From NCBI RefSeq assembly GCF_009914755.1, contig NC_060926.1: 64,000 nt of DNA; one strand, written 5' to 3'. The stretch is from the human T2T-CHM13v2.0 reference genome, Homo sapiens. The translations under genes and the position numbers were made by a program. Numbering within the stretch: the stretch's first letter is position 1; each line of letters begins with the position of its first letter. Below the pieces are notes generated by a model, which was not told the origin of the DNA, searched no databases, and saw only the letters and a list, made by a program, of their open reading frames with translations. Positions 1-14,419 of the stretch are shown here, piece by piece.

Positions 1-719
1 AGTTATATACTCATGAGATTCTGAAATTGTAAAATATTAGTGCCAAAAATCCCTCAAGAACTGAATTATCTTTTACAACACCTCAATGAAAAGACTAAGA
101 ACTGAAGGTTAGTGGGGTGTATTCACCTTTCTAGGGTCACATAATGAAGCAGGGCATGTAATACACAGCAATAAAGGAGAAGAAAGGGATTAAATGCTGA
201 AGTAAGTGGTGAGGTTAACAATTCTAAAAAAGGCAGAAACAAAATTGATTTGAGTTGTTTAAAGGTTACTTAACATTTCATGTAAACTTTCATAGTACAG
301 AAAACTATAGGAAAGCATTCCAAATTTGCGGACCACAGTCTGATAAAAGAAATGAATAGCTTATTCTTAAACAAGATCTGTTTGGCCCATCTAGGAAGTT
401 ATGCTGGGAAAGACATGAAATTAACACGCATTAAGAGATAGACCCTCTATCTGTGCAATGTTTCTTCTCTCATAATTAAGAAAAATCCACTGAATTCATG
501 CCAGGAAGTCTGTCTGACCCTGATGCCTACCTTACTGTCACCATAAAACACTGTCTTCCAGGATGTTGGGGAATGGAGAGATTGAATGGGTGTACATTTT
601 GGGAAAAAAAACTTCAAAGGCAAATATTTTGTGTGCGGCTTTAATGCTAAGACCAGCAATTAGCTATTGAGGATAATTATACCATGGGGCTAACTTCTAT
701 GACATTTAAATTCGTTTTC

Positions 720-1380
720 ATTGTGAATCATTTCAGCCATATAAAAAAGAATAGCAATATAAAAAATAATCCATGTGTTTACTAATATGATTTATGAAAT
801 GTTGACATTTTGCTGTATTTGTTTCATGTTGTTTTTGTTTATCTTAGAAGTTTTAGATAAGATAAAAGCTCCTCCTCTTTTTGTTCCCCATCTTTCAGTC
901 CCAGAAGTAACCATTTCCTGAAGCAACTATTTTGGTGTGTGGCCTCCTGAAGCTACTTCATTCTTTACAACATGTCTACCCTATATATTCTTATGTGTAT
1001 AAAGCCTATATAATATTTCCTGTGTTTCTCAAATATATGTAACTGATAAAATATATCCTTTTGCAACTTTTCAATGTAATGGTTATATCAATGTTGGTAC
1101 ATGTAGCTCTCATTCATTTATCTATGCTTATTAATTTGATGTATTATTTTAAACTAGTTGATTGAAGGAATAGCAAGCATTTAATTTTTTTCTCTAATTG
1201 TAATAATTTTGTTTTTCTATGATTTTTTTATTATAGAATTCTGAAAAGAACATTGTGTTACATGTGTCCTTGTGACAAATTTTTCTAAGGTAGCTACCTA
1301 ATTGTGGACATTTCTAGATAGTAATGTATGAACATCTTAAAATTAATGAGATACTGCCTCAAGGCTCTCCAAAATGGTAG
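720..1380 (-). mobile_element. Highly degraded old L1 (L1ME-like) 3' region fragment
   Basis: AT-rich sequence resembling antisense old L1 3' end (e.g. ...tcattcattt..., ...atactgcctcaaggctctccaaaatggt). Boundaries approximate. Confidence 0.4.
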
Positions 1381-4300
1381 TTGTTTTGTGTGCCATATTG
1401 GATAAATATTTGTGTGTACTTTTCAAATTGCCAACTAGTTGAGTTCCAGATTATCATTCAGAGTCTGACAGGTAACAAGTCACATTTTACACATGAAAAG
1501 GGTGCTGTGTTCTCTGCCATATTTGTTTTTTTTCTTTGTCTGATGGGTGAAACTACTCAAGTCACAGCATCTTCTAAAGTATACCCACTGTTCCTATTTG
1601 CTATTTTTTGCTTTTTGTGATACAAAAAGAAGGGGTAGGAATTTGCTACATGACCTTGTTCCATGCATATTTGCTACATGAGTCACATGTACACCTGTGA
1701 CCTCCTGCAAGAATGCAATCAGTACCAGAGAAAGAATTTGCCCTCAAACCTCCTCCATGAGCTGATAAAGATTCCTGAGTCCTACTGACTGCTTGAATTG
1801 TCTAATGGATAAGATGTAGAGTCTTTTTAGTGGACTAATTGGTATCCTGTCACATGTTAAAGATACCCAAAAATATGAATTGTCCAAATATACTAGAAGT
1901 CATTTAGTCATTGAAGGTTTACCACCCAGAGGCCAAAATCCATTCAAGCGTCAAACAACTGTGTCTCACTCCTTCAATTTTACCCTGATGGAAAATGGAT
2001 CCTGCTGATGGTTATCTGAGGCAAACTCTATCATGACTGGTTAATAATAATCATATTTCTTCTTGGTATACCTTTACCAACCAATTAAGCCCTTTTCTGT
2101 CAGCGAAGAAAGCTGAACTGTGTCTTTCATTTGAACCACATAGCCCAGGAGGTGCAAATCTTCTCCTCTGTCACTAGACTCTGAGATCTCTAAGTGATAT
2201 GGACAATGAAGACCTATGCATGTGATCTTTCCAGTCAATCTCAAGAGCTAGAATCAAGTTCTGCCATACCTAGCCACTTTGTGTCAGTATGAAAAAGGTG
2301 TTTCTTCCATGTGAAAGGAGCGCTGTTCAGGGTGTATTAGTTAGAGGGAAGAGCCCAGGCTGGGATTGGGCCCACTAAGCCCCTTATCAGGGCAGCCCAT
2401 TGCAGTCAACACCCGATATGGCCATAAGCTGCAGCTGTCTGCTAACAGTTGGCTCCCTTTGTTATTGTGCTGTTCCAGAGAGGGATTTGGGAAAGGGCAG
2501 TAAGAGACACAAACTCAGATTTTCATCTTCTCACAATCCTCTCCAACATGTTTACATTGTTTATAGATAATTTTAATTAAAGGGGATTACAATGCAGATA
2601 AAGTAATTTTATATCCTATTTTGTAGGGTTGTATTGTATTGGTTCCATTTTCTGATGTCATTAAATTTCAATAAATGCAAATCTTGCATATTTTATTGTA
2701 TGAATAGATATTGATCATAAGACTTATGTGACTAGAGCTCTGTTTTAAAGAAAGACTTTTATTTCCAGTAATTTTTAGCTTAGTACATAATGCTCTGATA
2801 AACTTTTTTATGCATACATTTTGGTCTGCTTTTCAGACTACTCTCTCATTCTTTCATTTTGCACATATATATTTTGTGTGTTTTATGGCACAGAAACTGT
2901 TTCTAGCACTTTTGATACACCAATAATGAAGAATTAAAAGGAAATATGGGACTCTAGAAATCTAAATAATTTAATGTTCTTTACAAATATTGGCAGATTT
3001 GCACCTATGATTTTAAAGTTAGAGATGGTCTTCAAGCACTACACATTTTGAAGCCTTGAGATTAATCACTGATTGTTGGAGGTGGGATCCCAAGACCTGT
3101 CTCTTCTTTGCTCTACAATACAAAATATTAGAAGTTACTTTCAAAAAACTATTCGTCAAAGGAAGGTAGCAATATCAGCTTTATTGAGATCAAATGACTG
3201 CAGAGCACGATTTCCACCTGAGATCCACACTGCTGGTTCTAGTTTCTCCCCACTGACAAGAAAGACCTTTGAAGAAGCAGCTGAAGAAGCTACCAGAAGG
3301 CACAGATCCTGGTAATATTCCTGTGCTAGCCAGAAGCTCAGAAGGCCCAAGCTTCACTCATCCATAAAACAGGCAACATAACAGAAGACGCAGCTTGTTC
3401 CTTACACAGAAATCCTATGCACCCTCACCAGGTTCCAGGATTTATCTCGCTCTTTCCAGTCAAATTATCTATAGCTCCTTCCAGCTTCCTCCATTCAGAG
3501 AAAGAATAGGCGGCCTATCTTCAGAAGGAATGTGAGGAGGAGTATTTAAGAAAAGTTAGTCCTTTGGAGAATATTGAATGAAAGTTATAGGGAGCAATAT
3601 GGCTTCCCAGAAGGGGTAAGGCAATAGGGCTCTGATTCCTGGACACTTACTATCTATCTAACCTTGAAAAAATTACTCAAATTATCAGAACTTAGAGAGT
3701 GAGAAATAAGACACTCATTTCATAGTGTTGCATGAATTAAAAGAGATAATATTGTTGAGTAATTTTACCTCCCTACGAAGTTGCCAATTCATTGACAGAG
3801 AGAAAACTAAACACACACACACACAAAACAACAACAAAAATAGTTGTTTGATACGTTACCTCATTGAATGTTATAGCCATATAGGTCAATGGTTAAATTA
3901 GAGATGCTTTGTATATATTCTCATTACTAAGACAGTTTACTAGATCTTATGGCTCCCATAGTCCCAATATACATAAATCAGTCACACATAATTGTCCACA
4001 TATGCTCCACATTATTACACTAACATGAGCTTGCTTATTTTATTTGTATGTGATATTAACAGATTTGTTTCTTACTTGATAGGCCTTGAAGATGACTTAG
4101 TTGTTGAGTTCAGTACCTGTGTCTGTTCTACCGTGCACTGAATGTTACTGACTTGTACAGAAATCATGCTCAAGGTTTGGTGTCCACACTGATTGTCTCT
4201 AGAAGATTAAAATATATATAAATGACTTATCTATATTTACTACTTTTATTTATGGAAAAATTAAATTCTTTATAGAGTCTTATGGAAGCTTGCTCTGATA

Positions 4301-5517
4301 AAATTTTTCCATAACTGTCAAAGTGGAAAGTATGACGAGTTCAGGATTAGATTAGAATCCTAATGGTATTATGGCCAGGAACCCAAATATTTCTGAATCC
4401 TTCCTGGGATATCACCTTTTTTAACCATAGGATACCAGAGAGAGTTGCAAAACAGAAAAAAAATAATAATGGCATAAGTAGGAATTTGGAATGTAGTTTA
4501 TGTGCAGATTTCTGTCAAAAGGCTAAGTGGACGCTCATGTCTTAGCCTAGAAGCTTCATTGATGCCTCCAAATCTCCTATCCCAGGATCCTAAAATCTGG
4601 CATGCTGCAAGAAACAAGACACTGAAAAAGGCTTGGAGTCTACAGAAAAACCTTATGAATCCACACAACTACTTCTGATGGAAAATAAGACAAGACAGAG
4701 ATTCACTAAGCCCACCTGAGTTGTCAAGCATCACATACCAAAGAAAGGCAGAAACTGGAAGGCACCAAAAAGACTGTAAAAAGCATTTGGTTTCTGACTG
4801 TAAGACATTGAGACACTCATTTGTTAGGAGCAACTCCTCAGCTCTTGGCGAGCAGTGGGGATGAAAGCCCAGAAAGGTAGAAGCTCGCTGGTTTGTGGAT
4901 AGGGTTAGAAGTGTTAACCTTTCCCTATATTTCCCTCTCCTTAGGCACCTTTTAAGCGATTAGACTTAAAAAAAAAAAGTTCAGTGAAAGGGCAAGCAGA
5001 GAGGTGGGACCCACCTTAGGATAGGAAAGAAATAGTCAAAGCTGCTCTCTCCCTCCTGCTGTAAGCTACTTTCTGGGGCCCTCTTTGGCATCTTGGAAGA
5101 CTAAGATGGGTAAGTTGTTTCTCTAAGAATCCACGAAATAGATCAGAACTTGAAGTTAATTCCAAAGAGGCAATGCACATTAGGATGAACAACTATTCCT
5201 CTTGAATTTCTCAACTCATGTTATACCTTGTTATGTCCTTTACCCTAGTTTACCAGAAGGGCACATTAGGAGTACATATATTATAAAACCATGATACAAT
5301 TAAAATGACATGGAGTCAAACAAGGAAACTGTCTTTCTTCCAGAGAAATTACATTTCAAATTGAAATTTCAGAGGTGACATGAATGGAAATATTGTAAAA
5401 GTGATATTGCTATCGTCTTTTGGCCATCAGTTTTCTGAATATGCCTTCTAATATTTAGATCCCTGGAGTGAAAGAGGGGAAGTCTTGGGAACTCAAACTC
5501 CAATAAATTAGAGGTCA

Positions 5518-5934
<417 letters not shown>

Positions 5935-6123
5935 TTATAAAGGCAATGAGTACACTGGAAAAGTAGTAAATAAACTTTTTCAGAACTCAAACTAAGCAAA
6001 AGCTTGCAAACAAAAAAATGAAGTTCTTATTTAAAAAAATAGACTGAATCTCAGTAAAAGGGAACTTTGTGATGTTTTACCTTATACTATTCTCAGTTCC
6101 CTCCCTTTCAGACCCAGAATAGC

Positions 6124-6526
6124 TGTTACAGATTGAATTAAGTGGTTTTCCCCACCACAATTCATATGTTAAACCCTAATTCTTAATATGATTGTATTTG
6201 AAGATACTGCCTTTGAGGAGGTGACTAAGGCTAAATGATGTCTTAAGTATAGGGCACCAATCCAATAGAACTAGTGGTCTTTTAAGAAGAGAAAGAGGTA
6301 CCAGAGCTCTCTCTTCCTCTGTGTGTACAGAGAGGAAAGGCCATGCAAGGACATAGCAAAAAGGCAGCCATCTACAAGCCAGGAAGAGAGGTCTTACCAG
6401 AAACCATCCCTGATGATAACTTGATCTTGGACTTTTTGTCTCCAGAACCTTGAGAAAATAAATGCATGTTGTTTAAGCTATTCAGCCTATGGTACTTTTT
6501 AATGGAAGCCTGAATAAATGAATACA
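6124..6526 (+). mobile_element. MLT1A/B-like MaLR solo LTR
   Basis: TGTTACAGATTGAAT start; aaggcagccatctacaagccaggaagagag; ttgatcttggactt; AATAAA; ends ...GAATACA. Confidence 0.88.
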
Positions 6527-9500
6527 GAAGCCTTTAAAACCAACAGACTTATAAGGCAGAGTTGTAAGCTGCCTGCCTCAGTATTGAAGTCATACCCCAA
6601 CATGGACACAAACACTACCGTCAAAGGCAGCAATGCTTATTAATCCTAAACATTTAAGAAAATCTTTGGCTGGTCAGCAGTTGACCACTAAGATAACTGG
6701 GCAAAAACTTTGGTGACCATACAAAGAAAATAAAAAATTTACAGAATTCTTTCCTGACAAGCAAACAATAACAGCAACAAGCAGCAACATCAAACTCAGT
6801 GTGGGGAATGGAAACTGACTTTCAGAGTTTCCATATTATATTATTTTAAATGTCCAGTTTTCAACACAAATTATGAAATGTACACATTAACAAGAAAGTG
6901 TGCCTTATATGAGGAAAAAAAAATCAGTCAATAGTGTCCCTGAAGATCCCAGACACTGGACTTGTTAGAAAGCATTTAAATCAACTGTTTTAAATATGTT
7001 CTAAGAACTGAATAAAAACAATCATTTCTAAGAAAATCTAGGAAAATATGAGAACAATATTGCACCAAATAAAGAATATCAGTAAATTAATATAAATAAT
7101 AAAAAAGAAACCAATAGAAATTCTGTAATGTGCAGTAATTGAAATAAAAACTTCCCCAGAGGAGCTCAACACAGATTAGACTTAGCAGAAGAACAAATAA
7201 CTAAATATGAAGATAGATCAGTTGAGATTGTCCATGTGAGGAACAGAAAGAAAAACAAGCAAATAAACATAAACAGAGCTAGACATCTGTAGTACGCCCC
7301 CAATCACACAAACATATGCATCATGAGAGTTTCAGAAGAGAAAAAAGAAAGAGGTAGAGAGAATATTTGAAAATAACTGATGTCCCTAATTTTTCCAAAC
7401 ATTAATCTTCACAGCCAAGAAGCTCAACAAACTCTAAGTTGGATAAGTTCAAAGAGAGACTCTTCAAAGCAGCAAGGGAAAGCAATTGATAAGATACCAT
7501 TAATAATATTAATAGACATTCTCAGAAACCATAGAGGCAAGAATAGAGTAGAATGACATGTTCAAAGAGCTAAACAAAATTAATCTCAATCAGTATTTCC
7601 ATATTTCAGCAAAAGTATCCATCAAAAATGAAAAAAAAAATTATTATCAGTAAACAAAAATTGAGATAAACTGTTGCCAGAAAATGTATTCTAAAGGAAA
7701 CATTAAAGAGAATCCTTCAGGCTGAAATGAAACACTAAACAGTAAGTTGAATCCATGTGACAAAATAAATAACACCAATATAAATAAGTGCACAGGTAAA
7801 TGTAAAATACAGTATCAATGTATTTTACATTTACAAGTCATTTTTCCCTTCTATTTTATTTTCAAAAAATTGTATAAAGCAATAATTCTACATTGTGTTT
7901 ATAGGCATATGATGAATAAAGACACAACTTGTATGATAATTACAGCACAGAGAAGGAGGAAGAAAATGAAGTTATATAAGAGCCAGGTTTTTGTATATGA
8001 ATGAAGTCAGTGTTCATCTGAACTAAATTGTTGCAAATTAACGTGTTAATTGTAATCCCCAGGGAAACCACTGAAAAAATAACAAAAATAAACAGTAAAA
8101 TAAATTACAATTTATTGGTTAGAGCTACAGAGAAAAAAAAGAAATGATAGTGATATTAAAATACTACAGAGACAAATATCTATTTAACAGAAAAGACAGT
8201 AATAAAGAAAAGGAAGAAGAAAAAATAAGACATTTGACAAATAAATATCAAATTGGTATATAAAGGAGAATTTTCAGTAACTGTATTAAATAAAAATGGG
8301 TTAAATACTCCAACCAAAAGGGATTGACAAAATATTAAAACAAAAACAAACCATAGTCCACAACATGCTGCATACAAAATACTTTAGATTAAAAGATACA
8401 AATAGGTTAATAGTAAAAATATGGAGAAAGATATACTAAACGAACAGTAACCACAGAGCTGGAATGGCTATGTTACTCACAGACAAAACAGATTTTGGGA
8501 TAAACATTACCAAATACAAAGAACATTATATATTAAAAAAGCATCAATCCATCAGAAATATATAACAATTATAAACATACATGCCCATAACAAAGGGTCC
8601 GAAAATACACTTAGCAAAGCATGACAGAATTGAAGGAATAAATAGACATTCAACAATAATACTTGGAGAGTTGAATTCTCACTTTCAGTAATGGCTAGAC
8701 AGCAGGTTAGTAAATCAACAAGGGAGAAGAAGGTTTGAAAAACATTATTAAGCAATTGGACCTAACATACGTCTACAGAAGCCTCCAACTAACAACAGCA
8801 AATGATTTTTTCTCAGTTGCACATTAATATTCTCCATGATAGACCTTATGTTAGAACACAAAACAAGTCTTAATAAATTTTAAATAATTTATACTACACA
8901 AATATATTCTCCCACCGTAGTGGAATATAATTACTAATTATTAATAAATGGAAAATTGGTAAATTGACAAACATGCAGAAATTTAAAAATATATTTCTAA
9001 ATAACCATTGTGTCAAGGAAGAAATCACAAGGGGAATTAGGAAATTATTGGAGATGAAAAACACAACATATAATTTATGGTAGGCAGCTAAAGCTGTACA
9101 TAGAGAAACACTTATAACTAAGTATCTATAATTAATAGTAACTGAAATCAATAACATAATTGTTCACCTTTCAAAACTAAAAAACTAGAAACAACTTAAC
9201 AACCCTTGCTAACAACCTTAAGCAAGCAGAAAGAAGAAAATAATAAGCGTATGAGAGAAAAAGGAATGAAATAGAGAATAGAAAAACAATGGAAAAATAA
9301 AAAAACCAGAATTTAGTTCTTCAAAAATATAAACAAAATTGATAAATGTTTAGCTGGGTTAGATTAAGAACAAAAAGAGATTAACCATGTAGCTGGATCA
9401 GATTAAGAACAAGAAGAGATTAAAGTTAATAAAACTTGGACTAAAAGAAGGAATATTACTGCTGATTAGGAAAACAAAAATGATAATATGACATACTATA

Positions 9501-10303
9501 AATAATTATATGCCTACTGATTAGATAATGTGTATGCACTGAAAAGATTCCTAGAAAAACAAACCACTAAAATTAAATTATGGAAGAAAAACATCTGTAT
9601 AGACTTTTAACAAGAAAATATGTAGAATTAGTATTAAAAAAAAACCTTTCCTCGAAGAAAAGCCTGGTCCACATGATTTTACTGATGAATTCTATCAAAT
9701 TCTTAAAGAATAAGCATCAATAATCTTCAAACTACTTCAAAATATAGAAAATCTTCTTATTTTATTCTATGAGGCTAGTATTATCCTGACATAAAAACCA
9801 TACAAAGTCATCACAATAAAATTAAACTATACATTAGTATCCCTTTTGAATACTGACACAAACATTCTGACAGAATACTTGCAAACTGAATCCAGCAACA
9901 TAGAAAAAAAGGATTATACAATATTACCAAGTTGGGCTTATGCCAGGAATGCAGGGTTGGCTCATTCTATGAAAATCAATGCAGGTAATATAACATACAA
10001 CCAGGCTAAGGAACAAAAACCATATGATTATTTCAACTGATGCAGAAAAAGTACTCAACAAAATCTAACACTCTTATATGATTAAAATATAAAAATAAAA
10101 AACACTAAACAATCTAGAGATACAAGTAATGTCTTTAACATGTTAAAGGGCTTTTGTGAGAAGCCCATAATTAATGTCAGGCTTCTTGAAGACTGAGTCC
10201 TTTTCTTCCTAAGATCAAGAATCAGACAAAGATGCCTGCAATGTCTGCTCCTGCTATTTCCATTTAATGTTGAAGTGTATGCTCAGGCCATGACAATTAG
10301 GCC

Positions 10304-11208
10304 AAAAAAATAAAAAAAGAAAAAGAAAAAAAAGAGAGGAGAGGAGAGGAGGGGGGAGGGGAAAGGAGGACCAGGGAGGGGAGGGGAGGTGGGGAGAGGG
10401 GAGGGCAGGGGAGGAGAGAGGGGAAAGGAAGAGAGGGGAAAGGAAGGAAGAAAGGAAGGAAGGAAAAGGAAGGAAGGAGGGAAGGAAGGAAGGGGAAGGA
10501 AAGGAAAAGGAAGGAAGGGGAAGGAAGGAAGAGGAAGGAAGGAAGAAAGAAGGAAAGAAAGAAGAAAAAGGAAGGAGGAAGGAAGAAAAAGGAAGGAAGA
10601 AAGAAGGAAAGAAAGAACGAAGAGGAAGGAAAAGAAAGGAAGGAAGGAAGAGGAAGTTAAAGAAAAAGAAAGAAAGGAAGGAAGAAAGAAAGTAAGAGAA
10701 AGTAAAAGTAAGAAAGAGAAAGGAAGGAAGAAAGAAAGTAAGAGAAAGTAAAAGTAAGAAAGAGAAAGGAAGGAAGAAAGGGAAAGGAAGAAAGAAAGGA
10801 AAGAAGAAAGGAAGGAAGAAGGAAGGAAGGAAAGAAAGAAAGAAAGAGAAAGAAAGAGGAAGGAAGGGAAGGAGGGAGGGAAAGGAAGAAAGGAAAGAAA
10901 AAAAGAAAGAAAAAAAGGAAGGAAGGGAAAGGGAGAAAGAAAGGAATGAAGAAGGAACAAAGGAAAGAAAGAAAGAGAAAGAAAGAAAGGGAAGGAAAGA
11001 AGGGAGGGAAAGGAAGAAAGAAAGAAAGAAAGAAAAGAAAGAAAGGAAAAGGAAGGAAGGGATGGATGGAGGGAGGGAGGGAGGAAGGAAGGAAGGAAAG
11101 GAGGGAGGGAGGGAAAGGAAGAAAGGAAGGAGGAAAGGAAGAAAGAAGAAAGGAAGGAAAGAAAGAAAGAGAAGAAAAGAAAAGAAAAAAGAAAGGAAGA
11201 AAGGAAGA
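10304..11208 (+). repeat. Compound polypurine (GA-rich) low-complexity tract: GGAA/GAAA/GGGA/GGGGA
   Basis: About 900 bp of almost only A and G on the + strand. Confidence 0.99.
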
Positions 11209-11580
11209 GCGTCCAAATTAAAAATAACATTTAAAATAATATCTATTTGTAGGGTACATGATTTGCATAAAGAAAATCCAAAATAACTTACAAGAGAGCT
11301 AACAAATTAATTCAGCCAGGTTGCAGGATACAATATCAACGTAAAAAAACTTAATTGTGTTTCTACACTATCATGAAACATTTGAGAAATTAAGGAAATG
11401 ATTACATTTGCAGTAGCAGCCAAATAGATCCCTTAGTAAATTGTGCTTAGGCAGCTGGATATTCACTTGCAAAAGAATTCAGTTGGATTTTCATCTCACA
11501 TTATGTACAAAAATAAACTTAAAATTGACTAAAATATCTAAACATAAAAGCTAAAACTATAAACATCTTTAAAAAACAGA

Positions 11581-11990
11581 ACCGACCCAAATGTCCATCA
11601 ATGATAGACTATATTAAGAAAATGTGGCACATATACACCATGGAATACTATGCAGCCATAAAAAATGATGAGTGCATGTCCTTTGTAGGGACATGGATGA
11701 AGCTGGAAACCATCATTCTGAGCAAACTATCACAAAGACAGAAAACCAAACACCACATGTTCTCACTCACAGGTGGGAATTGAACAATGAGAACACTTGG
11801 ACGAAGGTTGGGGAACATCACACACCAGGACCTGTCATGGGGTGGGGGAAGGGGGAGGGCTAATATTAGGAGAAATACCTAATATAAATGACGAGTTAAT
11901 GGGTGCAGCACACCAACATGGCACATGTATACATATGTAACAAATCTGCATGTTGTGCACATGTACCCTAGAGCTTAAAGTATTAAAAAA
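11581..11990 (+). mobile_element. 5'-truncated L1PA (L1PA5-like) 3' fragment nested in the older L1
   Basis: cccaaatgtccatcaatgatagac...ggaatactatgcagccataaaaaatgatgag...gggtgcagcacaccaacatggcacatgtatacatatgtaacaaa...cttaaagtat plus short A tail. Host L1 ORF2 resumes at ~12000. Confidence 0.95.
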
Positions 11991-14419
11991 AGAAGGGGGG
12001 AAAAATTCATGACCCTGACTTTGACAAAGTTTTCGTAGATATGATACCAGAAATACAAGGAACAAAAGAAAAAAAATAGATATGTTGTGCTTCATCAAAA
12101 TTTAAAACTTTTGTAAATAAAAAGTCATTAACAAGAGAATAAAAAGGCAATTCAAAACATGGGAAAATATATTTGCAAATTATATATCTAATAATGGACT
12201 AGCATCCAGAATCTATAAAGAAATCTTAGGACTCAACAAAAAGAGATAAACAACCAAATTAAAAATGGACAAAGGCTAGAATGAATGTTTTTCAAAATAA
12301 GAGGTAATGAATGTCCCACAAACAAATTAAATGATGTTCAACATCCTTAGTCATTAGGGAAATGCAAATAGGGACCACAATAAAATGCCACTTCACACTT
12401 GCTAGGTTGCTCAGAATCAAAACAATGAAAATATAATGCATATGATCAAGCATGTTGAAAAGTCAAAACCCTTGTTCCTTGCTGGTAAGAATGTAAAACT
12501 GTGCAGCCACTCTCTCTGGATAACAGTTTGGTAGTTCCTCAAAAGTTCAAACATAATTTTCGTATTACCCAGCAATTCCACTTCTAGGTACATACCAAAA
12601 AGAATTTAAAATAGTTACGGAAATGCAATTGCATATATTTTCATAGCAGCATTATTCACAATGGATAAACGATGAAAATGCCCAAATGCCCATCAACTGA
12701 TGAATGAATAAAATGTGGTATATTCACACAGTGGAAAGTTATTTAGCCATAAAAATGAAGGGAGTACTGATAACGTGCTATAACATAAACAAGCCTTGCA
12801 AAAATTGTGTTAACTGAAAGCAGACCTACACAAAATATGATTCCACTTGTATGAAATGACCAGAATAGGCAAATGTATAGAGATAAAGAGCAAGTAGCTA
12901 ATGTCTGTGGATCGGCAGAGTGGCGAGTGATTGTTTAATAAGTGTGGGTTTCGTTTTTGGAGTGATGAAAGAGTTTTGAAACAATGCTGTTGAGGGTCAC
13001 AAAACATTTTGAATATACTAAAAAACCCTGAATTTTACACCTTGAAATGTATAATATATAATTTTTTTCCCAATGAGAAGAAATAAAAATTTGAAAACAT
13101 CAACAAAAAATTCCTGACTATTGCTACCAACAATAGCAATAAATTTTCAGCTATAAATTTACCAAAAGAAAATAGAAACACTAAATTAGTAGAAAGAAAA
13201 ATTAAAATGAGGAAAACAGTCAACCAAGTTCTCTTAGTGCTTTGGAATTACCTAGGAAAGTAAAGGAAAGAGATGCCTAAATTTTAACCTTGTATGTGGT
13301 TACACTTTTCTGTCATTGGAGTTTAGATGGCACTGGTAAGTAAATCAATTGGGCATATTGATATGAACTCCAAAATATTTAAAGCCAACTTTCGATAAAA
13401 GGGTAAAATCAGGGCATTAATACAGATATGGACATTTTAAGGGAACATGAATATTGATCAAAATATTAACTGAATATATAAGTAGGGGAAATTGATTTTG
13501 TTACACTGTGAGGAGGGTGGACAATTGAATCTCCACTGGACAAAACATTGTCTGTCAGTGACCTATGACTTATAGCATATAAAGGAACTCAAAGACAATG
13601 AAAGTCTAGTATCAGGTAACCTGAAGTGGTGTCCTCTAGACCAGATAAATTTTTCTATTGGGACTTCTTTTTTTCTACACTATTCTACAACATCAAATAG
13701 AAAGTTAGACTTCTTTCTAAAAGAGGGTTCAGCCATTAGAGTGACAAAGTGCCTATCACAAACATTTCTAGCCCCAGGCCTGATCAGGGGCCACCAATGA
13801 CATTCCTAAATCTAGGTGTCAGAAAGCCTACTCCCTAACCAATGAGGGGCTGACACATGGAGATACAATTGTTAAGACAGAACTGGCATATTGAGAAGCC
13901 CGGGGCAACTGAAAAATCAAAGTGGGACAATTGGAGCAAAGACCATATTAGAGAGAAGGAGCCATCAGAGTTTCTAGAGGAGTGGAAATTAAATCTGCTT
14001 CTACTTCATAAGAGATGATCTGTAAGTTCCTAGTGAGCCACATGGCCTGCCTCCTGAAGAAGAATCATTATGCCTAGCACTTGAGCTCCCAGGAGGGTTT
14101 TTCTTGCTGCCAATCTCAAGCAAATGAAGCCACTATCCTGGATTTGGCAAGAATGGAAGCTCACAACCCCTGCAGCAGGATGTGTAGACATGACAGTGCA
14201 AAATAATCCGAAGATTGGCTGCCTCTTGAGGGATATAACCATTTCTCTGGTTAATGAACTTCTGATCCAGGAAAAGTTTCTGATTTCTGGGTCCTGGAGC
14301 TTTGGGGGAGGCCTCACAGACTCATCCAGTAAGTACTGTCAAAGAGTTTAAATATATGGGCTTGCTTCTGACTCCTCACAATTCTAGTCTTCTTTAATTG
14401 GAAGTATCTATGAGACATC

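Noticed and set aside
1620-2480. Possible ancient LTR (similar hints at ~14030-14400, 36420-36830, 62000-62390)
   Set aside because: Too diverged to assign a family or boundaries by eye.
3073-3350. Exon-like, purine-rich unique segment with an 80-aa ORF
   Set aside because: No recognisable protein similarity, no convincing acceptor and only a weak donor.
10254-11286. Longest ORFs (320 aa and 315 aa F/L/S/P-rich; K/E/R/G-rich on the + strand)
   Set aside because: Artefacts of the stop-poor GA/TC low-complexity tract.
11601-11783. ORF matching the L1 ORF2 C-terminus (KKMWHIYTMEYYAAIK)
   Set aside because: A 5'-truncated L1PA fragment, not a gene.
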